Source of the DNA: Nitrospinales bacterium
GTDB taxonomy: Bacteria > Nitrospinota > Nitrospinia > Nitrospinales > VA-1
Length of the DNA: 64,000 nt
Direction: 5' to 3'
Assembly (NCBI GenBank): GCA_965223345.1
Contig: CBDCWG010000012.1
Span: forward strand, 2,336,001 to 2,400,000
Made by a program: the position numbers and the translations under genes. Below the pieces are notes generated by a model. The model was not told where the DNA came from. It worked only from the letters and a program-made list of their open reading frames with translations, and did no database searches. Position 1 is the stretch's first letter; each line of letters opens with the position of its first letter. Positions 41,850-51,072 of the stretch are shown piece by piece.

Positions 41850-42029
41850 ATGTCCACACACAAGGAAATTGTTTCAGCGTTTGAAACGTATATGGAAGAA
41901 AGTGAAAATTTCGAAACCAACAACGTGAAAGCAGCGGCCGCAAGAGCCCGCAAGGCTCTGGCGGAAATCGGCAAGCTGGCGAAAGCCCGCAGGGCTGAAA
42001 TTCAGGAGAAGAAAAACAGCCTGGGTTGA
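41850..42029 (+). CDS. Small Hc1-like (histone H1-like) nucleoid-associated protein, 59 aa, absent from the ORF track
   Basis: MSTHKEIVSAFETYMEESENFETNNVKAAAARARKALAEIGKLAKARRAEIQEKKNSLG; purine-rich SD (AGGGAG). Confidence 0.8.
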   Translation: MSTHKEIVSAFETYMEESENFETNNVKAAAARARKALAEIGKLAKARRAEIQEKKNSLG

Positions 42030-42086
42030 GCGGCAAACCCGATGTGTTCGCACAGGCAGCGTGCGAATCCACTAGAGCGGCCGGCG

Positions 42087-42107
42087 GCCCGGCACCGGGT
42101 GCCGGGC
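42087..42107. repeat. Perfect 10-bp GC palindrome between convergent genes
   Basis: GCCCGGCACC-G-GGTGCCGGGC. Confidence 0.5.
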
Positions 42108-42261
42108 GCCCCATAACCGGCGGTTTTCCACTCTCGACTCTCCATCGGCCAGGGATGGCCCATGGACGTGTCCCCGCTTCATCCAGATTCCGGATCCCAT
42201 TCAGCCATGCACCGCACGGCCCCTGAATCCAGAACCGGGCGTGGCAGCGTGCAGGCCGGGA

Positions 42262-42795
42262 TCAATTCCTCATGCCATTGAATTGCGCGATCGGTTTTGC
42301 GGCGGTTTTTTCCATGCCCGCTTCTTTCTTGGCCGCGTGATTCGCGTCGTTGTCTTTTTTCCGTCCGTAAATTCGATGCAGGCCTTTCACCTCGCTCAGC
42401 AGCCCGTCGATGAAATCCGGCAGCCGCGTGGCCGTGTCCATTTTCACGCCGCTGGGGGTCGAGACCAGCGGTTTCAGCACGATCGCTTCGTAGTTGTCGC
42501 CGTTGGCGGTGTCCAGGGAGTTGCCGGAGGATTTCAGGCGGTAGCGTCCATACATGAGCCGGTATTTTTTGGTCTGATCGTCGTAGGCCCATTCGATGCT
42601 CTCGCAGCGGTTGGACTGCTTTTTGAAATCGTGCCGGTAAGGCAGGCAGATGCCTTTTTCCTGCAGGTAATTTTCCAGTACTTTCGTTTCCTGGGTGATC
42701 TGGTCCAGAAGGTTCAGGAACGAATCGAAAGCCGGCATGGACCTTTCAATCGAGGCTTGCAAAGCGGGATTGGAGAAAGAGTAGTTTGAATTCAT
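42262..42795 (-). CDS. Hypothetical protein
   Basis: ORF with GAGGTG SD before ATG at 42795; no motif recognised. Confidence 0.6.
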   Translation of the reverse strand: MNSNYSFSNPALQASIERSMPAFDSFLNLLDQITQETKVLENYLQEKGICLPYRHDFKKQSNRCESIEWAYDDQTKKYRLMYGRYRLKSSGNSLDTANGDNYEAIVLKPLVSTPSGVKMDTATRLPDFIDGLLSEVKGLHRIYGRKKDNDANHAAKKEAGMEKTAAKPIAQFNGMRN

Positions 42796-43349
42796 GGTAC
42801 ACCTCATGCGATGAACGTTATTAGGATGCCTGGCTCCGCCGTGTTGTCCGGTCCGGCTGGAAGCGCAAACAGAAACCTCCCTGGTGTTTGGGCTTCGCCG
42901 GAGAAAAAACGTGAGCTTCCTCCCGTGTCCTGCCCATCCGACCTTCGGGGCGGTCCGTCTGAAGGTGCGAGACGGATAGTACCTTACGCATTAAATGTGT
43001 GGAATTTGATGTAATTATACAAAAGTAACTTCAAAAGGCAACAAGCTATTATTGTTTTTTGAGTTCGGATGGGCGATATTTTTGCAGCCGCAAAACCCGT
43101 TGCCGTGCGCGCCGGGCGCGGCTGCAAGCCGTGTGCGCCGGGGAACGCGGAATGCCATTGCTTTGTGTCGGCGGTCCTTTGCCAGAGACGTTGCCTTGTT
43201 CTTTCAATGTGCGGCGTGCTGTTTGCCATCATGCGATGTGAAAACCGAATAATTGCACCGCGCCGACAATCCCTTCATAATGAACGTGGGTGAAAAAAAA
43301 TAATGAACCCACTCGAGCGAATAACCCGGATCGAGGTCCCTGAATTCCT

Positions 43350-43979
43350 ATGAATGCAAAAAGCAAGATGCTGTGGAGAATAAGTGCCGTCCTTTTAACG
43401 TTGCTGCTGATCGCCGCCTGCGGTCCGTTCAAACGCGCGGCGTACGACGACTTTGGCGATCGAGAGGAATGGCAGCAGCCGCAAAAGGTGATCGATTCGC
43501 TGAAGATCCAGCCGGGAGAACACATCGCCGATCTGGGGGCGGGGGGCGGTTTCTTCACGTTCCGGCTTTCAACGGCGACCGGCGCCGAGGGCAGGGTGTA
43601 TGCGGTGGATGTGGATTCGTCGATGACCGAGTACATCGATATCCGCGCCGATGAGCTGAACCGGGGCAATGTGACAACGATTTTATCGCTGCCGAACGAT
43701 CCGAAGCTGCCTGCGGAGGGCGTGGATCTGGTGTTCATCTGCAACACCTACCACCACCTGGAAGATCGCGTCGAATTTTTTCGCAAGCTGAAGGAATTCG
43801 TGCGGTTGCAGGGGCGGGTCGCCATCATCGACTTCAAAGAGGACGAGGGGTTTTTGGGGCATGAGACTCCGGCGGCGACCATCGAGACGGAAATGGCGCA
43901 AGCGGGGTATGATTTGCAGGAGAAGTTCGACTATCTCAGCAAGCAGAACTTCATGATTTTTGTGCCTGCGGGCCGCTGA
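43350..43979 (+). CDS. Class I SAM-dependent methyltransferase with lipoprotein signal
   Basis: LIAAC lipobox; REEWQQP, ADLGAGGGFFT, VYAVD, NTYHH. Confidence 0.85.
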   Translation: MNAKSKMLWRISAVLLTLLLIAACGPFKRAAYDDFGDREEWQQPQKVIDSLKIQPGEHIADLGAGGGFFTFRLSTATGAEGRVYAVDVDSSMTEYIDIRADELNRGNVTTILSLPNDPKLPAEGVDLVFICNTYHHLEDRVEFFRKLKEFVRLQGRVAIIDFKEDEGFLGHETPAATIETEMAQAGYDLQEKFDYLSKQNFMIFVPAGR

Positions 43980-44439
43980 AACCGAACGCCGCCTTCCCCG
44001 GTGCGCTTTGTGCTTTGACGGCCAGGCGCAACACGAGGCAGGAAGCGCCCACCATGAACAGGTCCTCCACCAGCGTCCACCCGGTGAGGGGGCGCGCCAG
44101 GAACACGCCGAAGCAGCCGCAATTGGGCACCGGCACGCCCCGCAGCAGCGTGATCCCCGCCCAGACCGTGAACACGCTGTGCAGGATCGTCGAGGCGAAC
44201 GCACCCAGTACCAGGGTTTTGTCGCGCAACAGCCATTCTGCGATCCTCAGTTCGATGAGCACCAGGCCCACTGCAACAAACAGCTGCGCCCAGTCCGGGA
44301 TCGCCTGATAGGTTTTGAGCACCTCGACGAAACCGGGAACATCCAGAAGCTTCCCCAGCCCCGTGAGAAGCAGCACGCACGCCACGAAATAGCGCAGCGT
44401 CGCGAGCAGGATTCTATTGCGCGTTGACAGTCCAGTCAT
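43951..44439 (-). CDS. MauE/DoxX family membrane protein
   Basis: Four TM helices, GLGKL, NCGCFG motif. Confidence 0.82.
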   Translation of the reverse strand: MTGLSTRNRILLATLRYFVACVLLLTGLGKLLDVPGFVEVLKTYQAIPDWAQLFVAVGLVLIELRIAEWLLRDKTLVLGAFASTILHSVFTVWAGITLLRGVPVPNCGCFGVFLARPLTGWTLVEDLFMVGASCLVLRLAVKAQSAPGKAAFGFSGPQAQKS

Positions 44440-45247
44440 AATCCATGAATTCCACTTTGAAGTTTTCGTCGATGGGTTCTTGCCGGTAGCGGTTGATGTA
44501 GGCGATCAGTGAGGGAGACTTCTCTGCGCCAACGAAATCCTCTTCATAAAACTTGAAAATTTCCGAAAGACGCACGACGCCTTCAGCGGGCAGAACCTCG
44601 ACATGGCGCGGATGGTTGACGAATTCCTTGGTCAGCGCATCCAGGTCCGCATTCAGGCTTTTGGCCTGAAACGGGGTGCGCGGCAGGCGCGGGCAGGCGC
44701 GCACCATGCAGTTGAGCGCAAAATGCACCCGCGGATCGCCGAGCGGCCGGATGACCTTGTTTTCGTAGTCGTACAGCGACCGTTTTTCACCGCCGATGGT
44801 GTATTCGGTGAATTTGAAAAACTTGGCACGGTCGGAAAACCGGTGAAAGTCCTCAGGGAAGTTATGGGTGATGACGCCGTACAGGGCCAACGCGTTGTAC
44901 GCGTTCAGGTGGTACTGCAAGCGGTCTTCGAGTCTGGGAAATCGCTGCGGGAAAGCTTCAGGGCTGGTTTCCGACACATAGACGACGTAGCGGTACAGAT
45001 GCGTCGGGTTGTCTGCGATGGCTTTGAAATCCACCCGGCCCTTATCGTCCACATGCGAGCGCAGCACCTGCGCCCAGGATGTGTACGCTTTTTCCTTGGA
45101 GACCTGGGTCCGGTTCGTGTCGGACATCACCGGCGGCGCGATGTGGGTGACGCAGCCGGAAACCAGCAGACCGAGGGCGACGCACCCTGCCCACAGGCAA
45201 GCAGGGAGCGAGCGTGTGGACTTTCGATGGCTCGGATTCATCATCAC
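44414..45247 (-). CDS. DUF547-domain lipoprotein
   Basis: LVSGC lipobox; GRVDF, LNAYNA, DPRVHFALNCMVRACP, LSEIFKFY, YDWTVN. Confidence 0.85.
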   Translation of the reverse strand: MMMNPSHRKSTRSLPACLWAGCVALGLLVSGCVTHIAPPVMSDTNRTQVSKEKAYTSWAQVLRSHVDDKGRVDFKAIADNPTHLYRYVVYVSETSPEAFPQRFPRLEDRLQYHLNAYNALALYGVITHNFPEDFHRFSDRAKFFKFTEYTIGGEKRSLYDYENKVIRPLGDPRVHFALNCMVRACPRLPRTPFQAKSLNADLDALTKEFVNHPRHVEVLPAEGVVRLSEIFKFYEEDFVGAEKSPSLIAYINRYRQEPIDENFKVEFMDYDWTVNAQ

Positions 45248-45248
45248 C

Positions 45249-46580
45249 TCATAGCGGGCCGGCCTCGGCCAGTGCTTTATCGGTTGCCGACCCTTTACCG
45301 GCTTGAATGGGATGAAACAGCGTGGTTCCGTGTTCGCCCGGCACCTCGATGGGGCGCAGGATGTAATCGTCGCGTCTGGCGTTGTGCGCGCACATGGAGA
45401 CGGGACCGTCCGGCGTCATGACCATGAAGGAACAGGCTTCGATCCGCTCCGGGTCGAGGTTTTCCGCGTTCATGAAATTCTGCACGAAAAACGAAAGCAT
45501 GTGCGTCCTGCCGCGCGCGGCGATCAGGTCCCGGCGCAGTTTCCAGAGGCGCGGCAGGATGTACTGCAGTCCGCGCACGATCCAGCGGGGTCGGCGCAGG
45601 ATTTCCTTTAAGTACTGCCAGGCGATGGTGGCGGAGGATTGCCGGCGGTCGTGCGTCACGTGCTGAAAATCGTGCAGGAACGCGGCCACCAGTTCCGCAT
45701 CGTCCACCAGCGGGACGGCTTTGTGGTTGATCGTCCATGCTGGCGCGTAGCTGTGGCATTTGGGGTGGCCGACGAGAACGGCGTCCCACGCCAGCCCGCT
45801 TCCCGAACCGCTGTCGATCTTGCGTTTCACCGATTCCAGCGAGATGGCGTCCGGGCGCTTGCCCAGAACCCCTCTGCCCGTGTCCGCCTGCAGCTGGAAG
45901 GAAGCAAACCCCACCACGTCCGCATGTTCGATGAAAAACCGCACCAGATCCGGGATCTCATGGAAATTGGCGTGGTGCACGGTGGTGTTGAAGATCACCA
46001 TCAGGGGTAACCCCCGCGCCCGTTCGATGTATTCCCTTCGCACCGCATTGAGCTGCGCTTCGGTTTGAAATCCTTTGCGTCCCTGAGTCAGATCCACATG
46101 AAAGGCGACGTCGCTCAGGCCGTTCTCCACCAGCATTTCCAGCAAACTTCTCGAACAGCGGATTCCGTTGGTGACCAGCGCGGGATGCAGGCCGAGCCGC
46201 CGCGCGTGCCGCACGATCTGCACCAGTTCGTTGCGGTCGCGCATCGTGGGGTCGCCGCCGCTGATCTGCACGTTGGCGCCGACCCCGAAATGCGCCTGGA
46301 TTTCTTCCAGACGGCGAAACACTTCCCGCAGCGGCAGGTCGGTCACCTGGCTGGAACTGGGCGACAGGTAACACAGCGAGCAGTCGAGGTTGCAGCGCTG
46401 GCTGATCTCCAGTGAAACGCAGCCGATGCTCGCTTTTCTTCCCAGAAATTGATTCTTTTTAAAAAAGCGGCCCATTCGCATTCGGGTTCGCGACAGGGCT
46501 TTTTTGATGGTTTCGGTTTTATCCGCATCCAGGGAGGACGCCTCCCCGGGTGCGATCGAAAAAAAGGACTTTCTTGTCAT
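45249..46580 (-). CDS. Radical SAM protein, Tes/GDGT-MAS (MJ0619/COG1964)-like
   Basis: CNLDCSLC, QISGGDPT, TNGIR, SFQ...TGR, HPKC, C-terminal NFM...D.ERI.AC...TPDG..SMCAHN. Confidence 0.8.
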   Translation of the reverse strand: MTRKSFFSIAPGEASSLDADKTETIKKALSRTRMRMGRFFKKNQFLGRKASIGCVSLEISQRCNLDCSLCYLSPSSSQVTDLPLREVFRRLEEIQAHFGVGANVQISGGDPTMRDRNELVQIVRHARRLGLHPALVTNGIRCSRSLLEMLVENGLSDVAFHVDLTQGRKGFQTEAQLNAVRREYIERARGLPLMVIFNTTVHHANFHEIPDLVRFFIEHADVVGFASFQLQADTGRGVLGKRPDAISLESVKRKIDSGSGSGLAWDAVLVGHPKCHSYAPAWTINHKAVPLVDDAELVAAFLHDFQHVTHDRRQSSATIAWQYLKEILRRPRWIVRGLQYILPRLWKLRRDLIAARGRTHMLSFFVQNFMNAENLDPERIEACSFMVMTPDGPVSMCAHNARRDDYILRPIEVPGEHGTTLFHPIQAGKGSATDKALAEAGPL

Positions 46581-46942
46581 GATCCGTGTTTCCCGTTTGC
46601 TGGACCTCAATCATAAATTGTTTTCGCTCGCTGCTGTGAAAAACAATGGTGAGTCGCGCCGGCGGGAAGGGCCTTACAGGGAAACCCGGGGCAGGGCGAG
46701 TTGACGGGTTTTTTTCGTTTCTTCCGATAATGCGGCGGCTGATGACGGCACAGAGCGGAATGCGCTACGGAAGAGGGGGGCAAAATGAATCAGAACGATC
46801 GGTATTGTTGTAAGGTGAGCCTGTACGGACACATTTTTTGCATTGGCAATTAGGGCCGGAAATGGCGGCGGGGAAACGCCCGGGGAGGGTGGGGGTGCTG
46901 TCTGTCCTGAAAGGGAGTGCGCGAATCCAGAGAAGCAGGGTG

Positions 46943-47422
46943 TCAAAAATCTTCCAGCGGCTCTTTGCGGATCGGGTTTTTCAGTTCGTCGCGCAGGTCG
47001 AATTTCCGTTTGTCAAAATAGTGCAGCCACATCTTGCCTTTCAGGTTCGGTCCGCGGCGCGCCTCGATGACGTCGTTTGCGTCCTCCCAGATCCAGCTGC
47101 TGTCGGAGATGACGCCGAGGCCGTATTTCATCTCCAGAGTCTGTATCAGGTGCTCCCAGTAATGCGGGTCCATGTCGAAAATGACTCCTGCCAATACGAA
47201 CTTGTGCGAAGCGCTCGGCCAGTAATAGGCTTCGATGTCGGCCTGGATTCCGGCGATCGTGCCCTTGCCGAAACATTTCATGGCTTCCGGACCGATTTTG
47301 CAGTCGGAGAGGCCCGATTTTTTCGAGTAGGGCTTCAACGACTCAAACCCCTTGACCTTGAACCCGGACGTGAAAATCAGGATCGTCAACAATACGATGG
47401 CGCAACGCAGCAAATGGGACAT
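46943..47422 (-). CDS. Hypothetical exported protein
   Basis: ATG at 47422 after GAAGGGGA; N-terminal hydrophobic stretch. Confidence 0.55.
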   Translation of the reverse strand: MSHLLRCAIVLLTILIFTSGFKVKGFESLKPYSKKSGLSDCKIGPEAMKCFGKGTIAGIQADIEAYYWPSASHKFVLAGVIFDMDPHYWEHLIQTLEMKYGLGVISDSSWIWEDANDVIEARRGPNLKGKMWLHYFDKRKFDLRDELKNPIRKEPLEDF

Positions 47423-47667
47423 GCGAATGTTCCCCTTCAAGAGTGCAGGGACCGTGGGTTTCTCCGGACTGGAGCTTCGATTCGATTTTACCGAAATCCG
47501 GCGGCCTTTGTCGTCGGCAAATGCCTCTTTTTTGACTTTGATCGGCACCACATATACCACAGGCGCTGCGATAAGGCCACCGGGGCGGAGGGGTAAGCCA
47601 TTGAATTGATTCGCGCTGTGGTCCGGGCGGGCGGCGGGGGAAGATTAAATCTTTGAAAAAAATGACA

Positions 47668-47856
47668 TTATACGCAAAGTGCGGGCTGGCCGGCGATGAC
47701 TTTCATGCCGTCCATTTCGCCGATGGAGGCGTAGGTGATGAAGGGGAGCTTGCGTTTTTTGCGGTCGTGGTCGTGATCGTCGTTGGAAAAACCGGGTGTT
47801 GCCCAGATGAGCGCAAGCAGGAAAGCCAAACCGGGAATGCATTTGTTCGGGGTCAT
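47668..47856 (-). CDS. Small hypothetical secreted peptide or gene remnant
   Basis: Signal-peptide-like N-terminus followed by NDDHDHDRKKRK. Confidence 0.35.
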   Translation of the reverse strand: MTPNKCIPGLAFLLALIWATPGFSNDDHDHDRKKRKLPFITYASIGEMDGMKVIAGQPALCV

Positions 47857-48098
47857 GGGAGCCTCAGTCGTTGGTGCAGGGTTTGTGAGCTAACTCACTC
47901 ATGTAGCGTAATTTTTAGAAAAACTCTTTAGCGGGAATTTGAGGCGTGCAGGGGGCGGAATGGCTAAACCCAATCATCGAGATCGCTTCGGGTTTTAAAA
48001 AAATTTGAACCGTGGTGGAAGAGGAGGACGTGGGTATAAAAACGCGCTCGCAAATCGAACGGATCGATTTGCGAACCGAGGGGAATGAAGATGGTTGG

Positions 48099-48383
48099 CT
48101 ACTGCGCTTCGGGGTTGAACTCGGTCACGGAAATTTCTTCCTGATCCGATTCGAAACTCTCCAGCGGTTTGACCGAGCCGTTCTTGGAAAACACGTAGTC
48201 GTTGCTGTACATGCAGCGGGTGAAGTTCTGGCTTTCCTTGCAGATCTCGATGGTTTGCGCTCTGTGCTGCGAATCGAGCGTTTCCCACCCACCCACGGGT
48301 TTCCAGTTGATCGGATCGATGGCGCAACCGAAAGTGCTGATGCAGGCAATCGACGCGATCGCGCCGACGATCATCTTGTTCAT
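48099..48383 (-). CDS. Small hypothetical lipoprotein
   Basis: MNKMIVGAIASIACISTFGC lipoprotein-like signal. Confidence 0.5.
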   Translation of the reverse strand: MNKMIVGAIASIACISTFGCAIDPINWKPVGGWETLDSQHRAQTIEICKESQNFTRCMYSNDYVFSKNGSVKPLESFESDQEEISVTEFNPEAQ

Positions 48384-48660
48384 GCGTGGACTCGCTTTCC
48401 GACAAGAAGTCATGAAATTAATGACAGGGTTGTCTCAATTTTTACAGGTGGCGAAAAGGCTGTCAATGGCGGCATTCCGAATTAATCTGTTTGTATTCTT
48501 TACTCCCGCGATACGATCGCGGCAAGGGCCGGTTTGTCAGGGAAGGGGCTTCTGAGCCGCTTTGGACTCAGGAAATGGCAAGTGAGGGTGACATTGAGAG
48601 TCGAATTCAAACGACACGGTTTCCCGCGGCAAAGGTGGGGAATTGCCTGCCGGGACGGCG

Positions 48661-49728
48661 TCAGCAGATTCGCGGCAACTGTTCGCCACTGAACATCGTG
48701 AGGCGGCGCCGGGTGCCGATTCGGGTTTTGAGTGTCACTTCTCCCGCACGTTCGTCGTGGACGCTGCCGATCCAGCGGGCGTCCGCCGTCGCATCGTGCG
48801 CACGCAGGATGTCAAGCGCCCGTTGTGCGTCGCTCTGCTTGACGAAAGCGGCGAAACGTCCTTCGTTCGCCACGTACAGAGGGTCCAGCCCGAGGATCTC
48901 GCAGGCCCCCTGCACGTCTTCCCGCACCGGGATCGCCGCCTGCTGCACATCGATGGCGAGCTCTGCGGTCTGCGCGATTTCCACCAGCGCCGTCGCCAGC
49001 CCGCCGCGGGTCAGGTCGCGCAGGCAGCGCAGCGCGATGCCCTGTTCGATCAGATCGAGGACACAGCGGGAAAGGGGCGCGCAATCGCTCTGGATGTCGC
49101 TTTCGAATCCCAGGCTTTCGCGGGCGGCCATGACAGCGATGCCGTGCCGGCCCAGATCGCCGCTCAATAAAATCCCGTCGCCCGGCTGAATGCTTTCGGG
49201 ATGCAGTTTGAGGTCGTGCTCGAGCGTGCCGACGCCGGTGGTATTGATGAACACGCCGTCGCCCTTGCCCCGGTCCACGACCTTGGTGTCGCCGGTCACG
49301 ATGCGGACGCCGGCCCGGTCCGCCGACTCGCGCATGGACCGCACCACGGTCTGCAGAGTGGCGATGGGCAGGCCTTCTTCCAGGATGAACGCCGCGCTCA
49401 GGTAGCGGGGGGCCGCGCCGCACATGGCCAGATCGTTCACCGTGCCGTTGACCGCCAGCGAGCCGATGTCGCCGCCGGGGAACAGCAAGGGCCGGATGAC
49501 GTAGGAATCGGTGGTGACCGCCAGCCGGGCTGTTGCGACTTGCAGGACGGCGCCGTCGTGCGCGGTTTCCAGATCCGGGTTGTCGAACGCGGGGCGGAAC
49601 ACCGATTCGATCAAGCGGTGCGTCTGCGTGCCGCCGCCGCCGTGCGACAACTGGATCGTCGCGCCGTCCTCAATGGGCAGCGGGCAGCTGAGCGCAGCCC
49701 GGTTGATGTTTTTGCTGGGCAGGTTCAT
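48661..49728 (-). CDS. hypE: Hydrogenase maturation protein HypE
   Basis: [35 protein letters not shown]-terminal LPRIC; start overlaps hypD stop. Confidence 0.96.
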   Translation of the reverse strand: MNLPSKNINRAALSCPLPIEDGATIQLSHGGGGTQTHRLIESVFRPAFDNPDLETAHDGAVLQVATARLAVTTDSYVIRPLLFPGGDIGSLAVNGTVNDLAMCGAAPRYLSAAFILEEGLPIATLQTVVRSMRESADRAGVRIVTGDTKVVDRGKGDGVFINTTGVGTLEHDLKLHPESIQPGDGILLSGDLGRHGIAVMAARESLGFESDIQSDCAPLSRCVLDLIEQGIALRCLRDLTRGGLATALVEIAQTAELAIDVQQAAIPVREDVQGACEILGLDPLYVANEGRFAAFVKQSDAQRALDILRAHDATADARWIGSVHDERAGEVTLKTRIGTRRRLTMFSGEQLPRIC

Positions 49729-50816
49729 GGGTTTTTCCTCTGATAAAAATAATAAGCCGCGCAGGCGCCTTCGGAGGAAACCATCGTGGCCCCCAGCGGA
49801 TTCTCGGGCGTGCAGGGATCGCCGAAGGCGCGGCACTCGTTCGGTTTTTTGATTCCCTGCAGCACGCTTCCGCTTTCGCATTCGGAAACGCAGGCAGGGA
49901 GGGCGGGTGTGTCCGGGAAGCGTTGTTCCGCATCGAATGCGGCGTATGCCTGTCGCAGACCCAGGCCGCTTTGCGCAATCGCGCCGATGCCGCGCCAGGT
50001 GCGCGGAACCACCCGGAATACCTTGTGGATCATTTCCTGCGCCTTGCGGTTGCCCGCCCGGCTCACGGAACGGGCGTACTGGTTTTCCACCTGCGCGCGG
50101 CCCGCTTCCAGCTGTCGCAGCGCCATGAGGATTCCCTGCAGGATGTCCACCGGTTCGAAGCCGGTGACGACGATGGGCACGCCGTGCTCCCGAGCGATGG
50201 GTTCATATTCCTCGTAGCCCATCACCGTGCACACGTGTCCCGCGGCGAGAAAGCCCTGCACCCGGCATTGCGGCGAGCGCAGAATCGATTCGATGGCCGG
50301 CGGCACGATGACCTGGGACACGAGAAAGGAAACGTTCGCGAGTCCTTCCCGCTCCGCCTGCATCACGGCGGCGGCGTTGGCGGGGGCGGTGGTTTCGAAA
50401 CCGATGGCGAAAAAAACCACCTGCTTTTCCGGATGCGCGCGCGCGACCGCAAGCGCGTCCATTGGGGAATAGACGATGCGCACGTCCGCGCCCCGGGCCT
50501 TGGCCGCAAGCAGGTCGCTTTGCGAGCCGGGAACGCGCAGCATGTCGCCGAACGAGCAGAAGACGACATCGCGATTTGCAGCGATGGCGATCGCGCGGTC
50601 GATCTGCTCCACCGGGGTCACGCACACCGGGCAGCCCGGCCCGTGCAACAGCGTGACCGAATCCGGCAGCAGCTTCTCGAGATCGTATTTCACGATGGAG
50701 TGGGTCTGGCCGCCGCAGACTTCCATGAGCGTCCAGGGCCGGGTGGCGGTGTCGGCGATGGCCTTGGCGAGACGCGCGGTGACCGCGCGTTCCCGGTATT
50801 CGTCCACGAACTTCAC
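49725..50816 (-). CDS. hypD: Hydrogenase maturation protein HypD
   Basis: [34 protein letters not shown]. Confidence 0.97.
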   Translation of the reverse strand: MKFVDEYRERAVTARLAKAIADTATRPWTLMEVCGGQTHSIVKYDLEKLLPDSVTLLHGPGCPVCVTPVEQIDRAIAIAANRDVVFCSFGDMLRVPGSQSDLLAAKARGADVRIVYSPMDALAVARAHPEKQVVFFAIGFETTAPANAAAVMQAEREGLANVSFLVSQVIVPPAIESILRSPQCRVQGFLAAGHVCTVMGYEEYEPIAREHGVPIVVTGFEPVDILQGILMALRQLEAGRAQVENQYARSVSRAGNRKAQEMIHKVFRVVPRTWRGIGAIAQSGLGLRQAYAAFDAEQRFPDTPALPACVSECESGSVLQGIKKPNECRAFGDPCTPENPLGATMVSSEGACAAYYFYQRKNP

Positions 50817-51067
50817 GGCGCCTCCTTCCCGGGCGGCGGGAGATCGCCGATTTCATCCAGCGTATCGAACACTTTCTGCGCTTCCTGCTCGTTCAACACG
50901 CTGATGGCAAAGCCCACGTGCACGATCACGTATGCGTCCACCTTGGCTTCGGGAACGCAGGAGAGATTGACTTCCTTCACAATGCCGCCGAAACGCACCC
51001 GGCCTATGGGCATCAACGGATCGTTGCGATCGATACTGAGGATTTTTCCCGGCACCGCAAGACACAT
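50813..51067 (-). CDS. hypC: Hydrogenase maturation chaperone HypC
   Basis: MCLAVPG start at 51067; YVIVHVGFA. Confidence 0.96.
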   Translation of the reverse strand: MCLAVPGKILSIDRNDPLMPIGRVRFGGIVKEVNLSCVPEAKVDAYVIVHVGFAISVLNEQEAQKVFDTLDEIGDLPPPGKEAP

Positions 51068-51072
51068 GGCTC

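Noticed and set aside
42931..43075. 10-bp inverted repeat GCCCATCCGA / TCGGATGGGC as MITE ends
   Set aside because: Short, no target duplication and no other copy noticed in the window
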